A DNA stretch of 64,000 nucleotides. It comes from Eledone cirrhosa. Lineage: Eukaryota. The stretch is from contig OZ024746.1 in the NCBI GenBank assembly GCA_964016885.1, forward strand, positions 77,748,001 through 77,812,000. Reading direction: 5' to 3'. Shown one piece after another: positions 53,196 through 64,000 of this stretch (positions are counted from its first letter, which is position 1; each line of letters opens with the position of its first letter). The notes under the pieces were generated by a model. The model had not been told where the DNA came from. It did not search any database and saw nothing but the letters and a program-made list of their open reading frames with translations. The position numbers and the translations under genes were made by a program.

Positions 53196-54059
53196 TCATC
53201 ATCATCATCGCATATGTGTGTGTGTGTAAACAGCTAACATTCAAATATAGATTTATTGCCTAAGTAACCAAATCTTAGCAGAAAATCTGCTGTAATCTAT
53301 GATGCATCCTTTCTTCTGCCTTAATATATTTAATTTCTCCTGTATAGCTTGTACATACAGCTGTATAGGTACAACAACAACTACAGCAGTTACTACAACA
53401 ACTACTACTACAGCTACACAATAACAACAGCAGCTGATAACATGCAAATATTAGAAATGGACAGATAGATGACTGCATGGTATTTCTGTTGATGGTTGAT
53501 TATGTTGATGGTGATAGTGATGATGATGTTGATATTAATGGTAGTGGTGATGATGATGATGGTGGTGGTGGTGATTATAATGATATTGGTGGTGGTGGTG
53601 ATGATGATTGTGATGATATTGGTGGTGGTGGTGGTGGTGGTGGTGGTGATGATGATGGTGATGGGTGATGATGGGTGAAGTGGGGTTTTCCATATATATT
53701 GCATTATCTTAAATATGTTGGTTAGTTTTAGGGTTTTGTTCATTTGTTATTGTTATTTCTCATCAAATATATTTGTAGTGAAAATGGTTTTTGATCAGAA
53801 GTTTGTTGTTGTTGTTGTTGTTGTCTTTTTGTCTTTTTCTCCTTCTCGTCCCAGAGAGAGAGAGTTCAGCAATTATCTGTGATCCCATTGATCAATATAT
53901 ACCTAATAGTAGAAGTAATATGTTTGATGCTATCTTTTGATGGACACACTATTATATTTTCTATCTTCATTATTGTTGCTATTTTTGTTCAGTGGATTGC
54001 AAGTATTGGTAGCCCATCCAACAAAATACCTTATGGTATTTAGTTATGACTTTCTATCA

Positions 54060-54800
54060 TACACTCTCAGCTCAAATCACACCATTATCATCTTTGCCTT
54101 TCATCGTTCCTGGATCAGTAAAATATAGTACCAGTTAAGTACTCGGGGGTTCAATATAATCAACTTCCGTCTCCCTCCAAATTGCTGGCCTTGTGCCTGT
54201 GTTGTTTGGTCTTTGTATTGTCCCCAATGTCTTGAGTCTTTGTGGCCAATAAAAGAAATTGTTGTTGTTGTTGTTGTTGTTGTTGTTAAAGGCAGTGGAT
54301 TGGCAGTTTCGGTAGAGAATCAGAGAAAATGCTTTGCAGCATATATCGTTATGGCCCTTTAAGTTTTGAGTTTAAATCACATCGAGGTTAGCTTTACCTT
54401 TCATCCTTATAGAGTTGATAAAATAAAGAACCAAGAACCAGTAATGCACTGGGGTCAATTTGATTAATTTCCCCTTCCCTTCCCTTCAAATTGCTGGCCT
54501 TGTGCTAAATATAAAAACAATTATTTTTAGTACCCTCACTACTACTACAAATAGTAGAGTCATTAAAGAATGAAATGGACAGGACAAAAAGGCTTTGCTG
54601 GTATTTAGTTATGGCCTTCTAGGTTTTAAGTTCTTGAGTTCAAATCCTGGACCTACTGTCCCCACCACCACCATCACCAAAATTGCCGTCCTTGTGCCAA
54701 TCTTATAAATAAGAGTGGTGGTTTGGCAGGATTATTTGGGTATCAGATAAAATGCTTTGTGGTAGTTATTCTGGCTCTTTAATTTCCAAGATCATCTCCC
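54060..54800 (+). mobile_element. Head-to-tail cluster of diverged SINE family C copies
   Basis: Repeated CTTT(A/G)CCTTTCATC and AAATTGCTGGCCTTGTG modules. Confidence 0.65.
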
Positions 54801-54830
54801 ACTGTGGACTTAATCATTTGCCTGGTTTAA

Positions 54831-55039
54831 CCCTTTAGCATTTAAACCGGCCATATCAAGCCAGAATTCTCTCACCTCTTTCTGTTCAAACTAACCTTAA
54901 CTGGCCGCTCATAGTGACATTAAGGTATTGTTCTCAAAATAAATACTATCAAAATCTCAGTCGATTCAATATTATGTGATATACAGCCTTTACAGTGAAA
55001 ATACAAAAGTAAATATAGAGTAATGTAAATGGTATCGGG
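54831..55039. mobile_element. piggyBac-type MITE with TTAA TSD, second copy
   Basis: TTAA|CCCTTTAGCATTTAAAC ... GGG|TTAA; internal identity to 33812-34043. Confidence 0.85.
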
Positions 55040-55353
55040 TTAATATCACCACCTGGCTTTTGACTGCTTTTAGCAGCATCCATTTTGTTGCAAACATTTG
55101 AGCTGGGTCTCCCTCCCTGACTAAACAGTAAGGCAGGGTGGATTTGGTGAATATAGTATCCTCCTATTAGTGTACTGTTGCAACAGTCTTGTGTTGTTGA
55201 TATGAGGTTAATATGCTTGTTATTCTTTCTGTTATTTTGGTGTTTATTCTGTGTAGTATGGTTTGTATAATACGAGTTGTCTTGTGTTACAGAGTTTCAG
55301 TCTTGAAGAGTATATGGTGTGTGACTTGTGTTGTTTTATTCTGTTAGGTGCTT

Positions 55354-55803
55354 ATTGTGTAATCTGGTGTAAAGTGTGTGTGAGTATTGTGTAATCTGAT
55401 GTAAGGTGTGTGTGTGAGTATTGTGTAATCTGGTGTAAGGTGTGTGTATGTATTGTGTAATCTGGTGCAAGGTGTGTGTACTGTGTAAGGTGTGTATTGT
55501 GTAATCTGGTGTAAGGTGTGTATTGTGTAATCTGGTGAAAGGTGTGTGTGTTGTGTTATCTGGTTTGTGTCTGTGTTTAGAGGCAGTTGATATTCTTGAA
55601 ATATATTTACTGTGAGCTCTTTGCTCTCCCTACTTCCTCTTCCTTGCTCTCCAAACGCCCTCCTTGTTCTCCCTCTTCCTTGCTTTCCCTAACTCCCTCT
55701 TCCTTGCTCTCCCTAACTCCCTCGCTCTCCCTAACTCCCTCTTCCTTGCTCTCCCTATCTCTCCTCCTTGCTCTCCCTAACTCCCTCTTCCTTGCTCTCC
55801 CTA
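55354..55803. repeat. Two short minisatellites (TATTGTGTAATCTGGTGTAAGGTGTG-type and 24-bp CCCTCTTCCTTGCTCTCCCTAACT)
   Basis: Direct inspection. Confidence 0.8.
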
Positions 55804-56283
55804 GAGTGGCAGTGAGCAACAATTCAGCTCTATATTGTAAAGTACTAAACACCTGTGTACTCAGCTTGGCTGGCTGACTGTTGGAGCATGGAGAAGTGTG
55901 GATGTGTGTAGTCGATGATCATCATCACCACCACCACCACCACCACCACTACCACAATCATCATCATCATCATTGCTATTATTATTTGAGACAATTATTA
56001 TTACTATTATTATTTACATTCAGTCATTTCTGATTTGCACTGGAAACATCCTCCATAATGTAATAACAAATGAATTAATGAATAATATATGTGTTATTTA
56101 ATATATATGTTATATAATATATTTATGTGTGTGTGTGTCTGAGTGTTTATATATGTGCATGTGTGTGTGCATGCATATATACATGGGTGTGTGTCTGTAT
56201 ATATATATATATATATTATATATGTGTGTGTATGTGTGCGTGCGTGTGTGTTAATATAAGTGTGTGTGTGTGTATGCATATAT

Positions 56284-56336
<53 letters not shown>

Positions 56337-57429
56337 CATACACACATATTAGTGTGTGTGTGTGTGTGTACGTATATATATATACACATACATACATACA
56401 TACACACTTATTAGTGTATGTATGTGTATATATGTGTGCATATGTATGTGTGTGTGTGTGTGTATATATATGTTGGTGTGTGTGTGTGTGTGTCTGTGTG
56501 TATGTATATAGTAGTATGTGTGTGTATAGAATGGTGTATCAATAGTGATTATAACAACTGGTGGTGATGGTGGTGATGGTGATGGTGGTGATGGTGGTGA
56601 TGGTGGTGATGGTGGTGATGGTGGTGATGTCCTCTGCTCTGTGTCTGTGTTGAGATGCAGTAATAGTTTTGTCAGTCCATTTTACCAGACACCTGTTTGT
56701 AGAGTGATCATCAAATTGAATAACCCTCTAGCAGATGAATAGTTATTATATAAATAATCCCATACTCCCCCCGTTCCTCTACTTTACCTGTCCATTAGGA
56801 TCATGCATGCATGCATACATACGCCTGCATGCACATATATAGGTGTGTGCATATATATGCGTTTATACATTCACAGTACACTCTGTCAAATAAGCTGATG
56901 ATAAAACAGACAAGATAGGGTTGAGAGGAGTCTTTAGGCATGTTGAGGACTTGACAACCTCTTTAGTGATGGCGCCATGAAAAAAATGCACCCAGTACAC
57001 TCTGTAAAGTTGATGGTGATTAGAGACAAAGCAAGGTAGAGAGGACTCTTTGCACATGTCAAGGACTTGACAGCCTCCCTAGTCCTAGTGCTGGTGCCGA
57101 TACAACTCTGTAAATTTGTTGATCATAGGATGGGGGATTGAGTTATGGAAATCATGCCAAAAATAAGACATGCCAGTGGGATGTGTTCTTCTAACTGATC
57201 TATGAGGACAGTTACTCCAAGTAGGAACTTATTTGGAACACAACTCCTACAACCCATGGCAGCATAGAAACCATGTAAGATGATGATTGGGGTGAAGGTT
57301 GTGAATGCTAGAAGCATTAGCGTGTTAGAAAAATGCCTTGCACTTTCTGTTGGGTTAAACTGAAGGCCAACAATGAAATTCATAGGAATCTATGTATTTG
57401 GTGAGTTATTTATATCTTCAATTTGGTAT

Positions 57430-57890
57430 TCATGCCAACCCTTATCTATGGTCATGCATTTTGGGTAATGATCGAAAGAATACAATCGCGAATACAAGCG
57501 GCCAAAATGGAGTTCTTGCAAAATAGTCTTTGGATTAACGCTACTTGTTAGAGTGTGTAGCTTGGAGATCAGAGAGTTGCTCTCGGTAGAGACACTACTT
57601 CTCCAAATTGAGAGATCATACCTCCGATACTACGGGCATGTGGTTAGAATGTCTCAGGAAAGGATTGCTGGAAATATTTCTCTGGCAAAGCTAACCAACA
57701 GGAGACCATACAGTAGCCAAATGGTTGGGTAACATCCATAAGGTGAGTTAGTCTCACAGGAATCCAGCTGGATCATTTGGAGACAGTCGCTTTTTGATAG
57801 GACCACCTGGAAGGTGTGTCTATGGGCTCAGCCGCCACGACCCTCCCAGGAATAAATAGGTGAAGAAGAAGAAGAAGAAGAAGAAGAAGA
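57430..57890 (+). mobile_element. RTE (Rex3/Expander-like) LINE 3' end with a (GAA)n tail
   Basis: PTLIYGHAFWVMIERIQSRIQAAKMEFL...LRYYGHVVRMSQERIA; ends in (GAA)n. Confidence 0.8.
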
Positions 57891-58389
57891 GAAAGCTGGA
57901 GAAAGATAGAAGTTAAATTTAATAGTATAAACGATAAGTCTTTACTTGTCGATACCTTTAAGCTTACTTTTGGCACCAACCACTGCTATCAATATGATCA
58001 TTGCACCCACCACCACCATCACCTCCACCATCATCAACACCATCACCACCAACATCAACAACATCACCATCACCACAATCATCATCAACACCACCAACAC
58101 CATCACAATCATGACTAGCTCCAGCACCACTACTATCAACATTACCACCAACAGTACCACCACTACCGCCACCACCACTACCACCACCACCACCACCACC
58201 ACCACTACTATCAACATTACCACCACCACCACCAACAGTACCGCCACCACCACCACCACCAACACTACCACCACCACCACTACTATCAACATCACCACCA
58301 CCGCCTCTACTAGCAACATTACTACCACCGCCAAGCCACCACCACCACTATTATTACCATCACCACCACTGCCCCGCCACTACTAGCAA

Positions 58390-59690
58390 AATTACCACCA
58401 CCACCACCACCACCACCACTACCACCACAACCACCACCACTACTAGCTCCAGTACCACTACAACCAACAATACCACAACCTCCCAAACTTCCATCACCAC
58501 TACCTGCACCACCACCACCACTACCACCACAACCACCACCACTACCACCACAACCACCACCACTACTAGCTCCAGTACCACTACAACCAACAATACCACA
58601 ACCTCCCAAACTTCCATCACCACTACCTGCACCACCACCACCACTACCACCACAACCACCACCACTACCACCACAACCACCACCACTACTAGCTCCAGAA
58701 CCACTACAACCAACAATACCACAACCTCCCAAACTTCCATCACCACTACCTGCACCACCACCACCACCACCACCACTACCACCACAACCACCACCACTAC
58801 TAGCTCCAGTACCACTACAACCAACAATACCACAACCTCCCAAACTTCCATCACCACTACCTGCACCACCACCACCACTACCACCACAACCACCACCACT
58901 ACCACCACAACCACCACCACTACTAGCTCCAGTACCACTACAACCAACAATACCACAACCTTCCAAACTTCCATCACCACTACCTGCACCACCACCACCA
59001 CTACCACCACAACCACCACCACTACCACCACAACCACCACCACTACTAGCTCCAGTACCACTACAACCAACAATACCACAACCTCCCAAACTTCCATCAC
59101 CACTACCTGCACCACCACCACCACTACCACCACCACCACCACCACTACCACCACAACCACCACCACTACCACCACAACCACCACCACTACTAGCTCCAGT
59201 ACCACTACAACCAACAATACCACAACCTCCCAAACTTCCATCACCACTACCTGCACCACCACCACCACCACCACCGCCACCACCACCACTACCACCACAA
59301 CCACCACCACTACCACCACAACCACCACCACTACTAGCTCCAGTACCACTACAACCAACAATACCACAACCTCCCAAACTTCCATCACCACTACCTGCAC
59401 CACCACCACCACCGCCACCACCACCACTACCACCACAACCACCACCACTACCACCACAACCACCACCACTACTAGCTCCAGTACCACTACAACCAACAAT
59501 ACCACAACCTCCCAAACTTCCATCACCACTACCTGCACCACCACCACCACCACCACCGCCACCACCACCACTACTAGCTCCAGTACCACTACAATCAACA
59601 ACACCACAACCTCCCATACCTCCATCATCATCACCACCACAACCACCACCACTACTAGCTCCAGTACCACTACCACTACCACCACCACCA
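58390..59690. repeat. (CCA)-based minisatellite, ~110-145 bp units, about 10 copies
   Basis: A fixed core CTAGCTCCAGTACCACTACAACCAACAATACCACAACCTCCCAAACTTCCATCACCACTACCTGC separated by variable (CCA)n. Confidence 0.9.
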
Positions 59691-60094
59691 CCACCACCAC
59701 CACCACCATCACTACTACCTCTTGCATTTCTTTCATTTTTTTTTGTTTTCTCTCTTCTTCCTCTTTTCCTGCACATCCACATTACTTTTCTCTCTCTGTG
59801 TGTCCCCCTTCCACTGTCCTCCCCCCTCTGTCCTTTTCCTCTTCACAGCCTCTCCCATCCCACTTCTCTTATTTCCTCTTCCCCCACCCCAACATCCACC
59901 CTCACCCCAGATACCAATTATGGTCTGTCACCTGGGCAGATCTTTGGAAATAACACTGCCTTAAGAAATGCCCCCCCCCATTCTGCTGCTAGTACTACTG
60001 CCACCATCATCATCATCACTACCAGCAGCACCATCATCACCATGTCCATAACCACCACCACCACCACCCCAACCACCACTCCCACCTGAAGCAC

Positions 60095-61672
60095 CACCAC
60101 TGTCTCCACCACCAGTTTCCACCATCACCACCATCACCACCACCAGTCTCCACCACCACCACCACCACCACCACCAGTCTCCACCATCACCACTACCACC
60201 ACGGTCTCCACCACTACCACCACCATCACTGTCTCCACCACCACCACCACTGTCTCCACCACCATCACTGTCTCCACCACCACCACCACCACCACCACTG
60301 TCTCCACCACCATCACTGTCTCCACCACCACCACCATCTCCACCACCACCACTGTCTCCACCACCATCACCACCACCACCACCACCACCACTGTCTCCAC
60401 CACCACCACCACCACTGTCTCCACCACCACCACTGTCTCCACCACCACCACCGTCTCCACCACCACCACCACTGTCTCCACCACCACCACCACCACTGTC
60501 TCCACCACCACCACCACTGTCTCCACCACCACCACTGTCTCCACCACCACCACCACCACTGTCTCCACCACCACCACCACCACTGTCTCCACCACCGTCT
60601 CCACCACCACCACCGTCTCCACCACCACCACCACTGTCTCCACCACCACCACCACCACTGTCTCCACCACCACCACCACTGTCTCCACCACCACCACTGT
60701 CTCCACCACCACCACCACTGTCTCCACCACCGTCTCCACCACCACCACCGTCTCCACCACCACCACTGTCTCCACCACCATCACCACCACCACCACCACC
60801 ACCACTGTCTCCACCACCACCACTGTCTCCACCACCACCACCGTCTCCACCACCACCACCACTGTCTCCACCACCACCACCACCACTGTCTCCACCACCA
60901 CCACCACCACCACTGTCTCCACCACCACCACCACTGTCTCCACCACCACCACTGTCTCCACCACCACCACCACTGTCTCCACCACCGTCTCCACCACCAC
61001 CACCACCACCACCACCGTCTCCACCACCACCACTGTCTCCACCACCATCACCACCACCACCACCACCACCACTGTCTCCACCACCACCACCGTCTCCACC
61101 ACCACCACCACCATCTCCACCACCACCACTGTCTCCACCACCACTGTCTCCACCACCACCACCACCACTGTCTCCACAACCACCACTGTCTCCACCACCA
61201 CCACCACTGTCTCCACCACCATCACTGTCTCCACCACCACCACTGTCTCCACCACCACCACCACTGTCTCCACCACCACCACCACCACCACCGTCTCCAC
61301 CACCACCACCACCACCACTGTCTCCACCACCACCACCACCACCACCACCACTGTCTCCACCACCACCACTGTCTCCACCACCACCACCACCACCACCACT
61401 GTCTCCACCACCACCACCGTCTCCACCACCACCACCACCACCACTGTCTCCACCACCACCACCACCACCACCACTGTCTCCACCACCGTCTCCACCACCA
61501 CCACCACCACCACTGTCTCCACCACCACCACCACCACCACTGTCTCCACCACCACCACCACCACCACCACTGTCTCCACCACCACCACCACTGTCTCCAC
61601 CACCACCACCACCACCACTGTCTCCACCACCACCACCACCACCACCGTCTCCACCACCACCACCACCACTGC
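60095..61672. repeat. (CCA)n punctuated by C(T/C)GTCT, ~1.6 kb
   Basis: Direct inspection. Confidence 0.9.
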
Positions 61673-62174
61673 CACTAATATTACCTATAAACATGTTTAT
61701 GTTGCATGGGAGGGGCCAGGCCATGATATATTGCTTCTCTGGTGGTGGCCATTGTTTTGTTTTTTATCTCTCTCTCTCTCTCTCTCCCTCTCTCTCGGTC
61801 TCCCTCTCTCTCGGTCTCCCTCTCTCTCTGTCATCTCCTCTTACACATCATCCTTTCACACTGCTACCACCATAACAACCACTACAACCACCAACAACGA
61901 CACCATCACAAACACCACCACCACCACCACCACCACTGCCACCATTACCATCACCACCACTACCATCACTACCTACACCATCACCACCACCACCATGACC
62001 ACCACCACCACCACCACCACCACCACTACTACTACTACTACCTGTAATACCTACATGTGTATGTATATGTCTCCTTGCATCTCCTTTTTTTCACATCATC
62101 CTTTCACACCCTCTCTTTTCTTCTCATTCTCTCCTTCATATTGTTAGTATTATTATTTTTATTTACCTGCCTAC

Positions 62175-62223
<49 letters not shown>

Positions 62224-62596
62224 CATACATACACACACACAGATGCATACATTCACATACATACACATACATGGCTCCATCAATCTCCTTTTTATTTTGT
62301 TTGTTTTCTTTTTTTGTTTTTTTTTTCCCTCTCCATGTCATGCTCTGCTTCCTTGCATATCCCCCCCCCCCTCCTCCTCCCCACCACACTTCATCCACCA
62401 CCACCACCACCCTCCACCCCACTCCAACACCAACACCAACAACGTCTCTTGATGTGCACTTAATACAAAATCAATATGCTAGGTTGAAGACTAACATAAA
62501 AGTCTGCAGCAATAGCAGCAACAACAACAACAACAACTGCAACTGCAGCAAGAAACAAGCGGGGCCAGGGTCTAGCTCTCTATATCTATCGTCCTG

Positions 62597-62631
<35 letters not shown>

Positions 62632-62949
62632 GTCTGTCTGTCTATATATCTATCTATCTATCGTCCTGTCTCTCTCTCTCTATCTATCTATCTATCTGTC
62701 TGTCTGTCTATATATCTATCTATCTATCGTCCTGTCTCTCTCTCTATCTATCTATCTGTCTGTCTGTCTATATATCTATTTATCCATCTGTTAATATAGC
62801 TATCTATCTATCCATCTCTCTCTTTATCTATCTATCTATATATCCATCTATCTACTTATTTAACTGTCTATCTATCTCTCCATCTACCTATCTCTCCATC
62901 TATCTATCTCTCCATCTATCTATCTATATATCTCTCTATCTATCTCTCC

Positions 62950-62987
<38 letters not shown>

Positions 62988-63249
62988 TTGTCTATCTATT
63001 TAACTATCTCCATATCTGATCCCCTATAATTGTCAATGAACTTAATCCTATATTACACCAAAGCTTACAACTACAGCCACCACCACCACCACCACCTTCA
63101 TCCCCACCCATACCACCATCAAATATGTACACTTGGTCAATGCCACTCCTCTCTACCATTCATTACCACCACCAACACCACCATCATACCACCACCATTA
63201 CCATAACAAATGCACACTTGGATAGCACTAGTATCTCTACCCCTGTCAT

Positions 63250-63835
63250 TACCAGCATCACCACAACCACCACCACCACAACCACCACCACCACCACCAC
63301 CATCACCACAATAACAATCACCGCCACCACCACCATCACCACAATAACAATCACCACCACCATCACGATCACGACAATAACAATCACCACCACCACCATC
63401 ACAACCATCACCACCACAACCACCATCACCACCACAACCACCACCACCATCACGACAATAACAATCACCACCACCACCACCACCACCATTACAACCACCA
63501 CCACCACCATCACAACCATCACCACCACAACCACCATCACAACCACCACCACCACCACCATCACCACAATAACAATCACCACCATTACAACCACCATCAC
63601 AACCATCACCACCACCACCACCACAACCACAACCACCACCACCACCACAACCACCACCACAACCACCATCACAACCACCACCACCACCATCACCACAATA
63701 ACCACCACCACCACCATTACAACCACCACCACCACCACCACCACAATAACCACCACCACCACCACCATTACAACCACCATTACAACCACCACCACAACCA
63801 CCACCACCACCATCACAACCACAACCACTACCCCC
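63250..63835. repeat. (CCA)/(CAA)/(TCA) compound repeat
   Basis: Direct inspection. Confidence 0.85.
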
Positions 63836-64000
63836 ACAAATGCACACTTAGTTGCCTGTACTCTCACCACAAGCGGTAGCAAAAAAAATCCCTTATGTGC
63901 AACACCACTATCCATTACCACTCTATTTTCTACCACCACCACCTCTACAATTTACACATGGGTAACACTAGTATCTCTACCATCACCATCACCATCACTA

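Noticed and set aside
58322-61724. Loricrin-like or suckerin-like Gly-rich proteins (486 aa and 587 aa ORFs)
   Set aside because: Built from (GGT)n satellites, with alternative frames also open (poly-Val). No signal peptide or non-repetitive domain.

Overview
AT-rich, repeat-saturated eukaryotic genomic DNA (intronic or intergenic). The SINE, RTE-LINE and microsatellite content resembles a coleoid cephalopod such as Octopus; this is inferred from repeat style only and is not verified. No intact host gene, rRNA, tRNA gene or CRISPR array can be supported, and almost all ORFs in the track are translations of micro- or minisatellites. The recognisable coding remnants are all transposon-derived: RTE reverse-transcriptase fragments, an L1/Tx1 zf-RVT tail, a Tc1/mariner transposase and a Penelope-like GIY-YIG endonuclease. 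There are also two non-autonomous Helitrons, piggyBac-like and mariner-like MITEs, several tRNA-headed SINE families, large minisatellites and a 200-N gap. The most notable signal is a set of six insertions in (TA)n tracts (24.0-26.1 kb and 34.7-35.8 kb). They share one architecture: two copies of a Penelope-like element 3' end point outward, one ending short and one carrying an extra 34-85 nt tail. Three contain recognisable type I hammerhead ribozymes and one a degenerate one.
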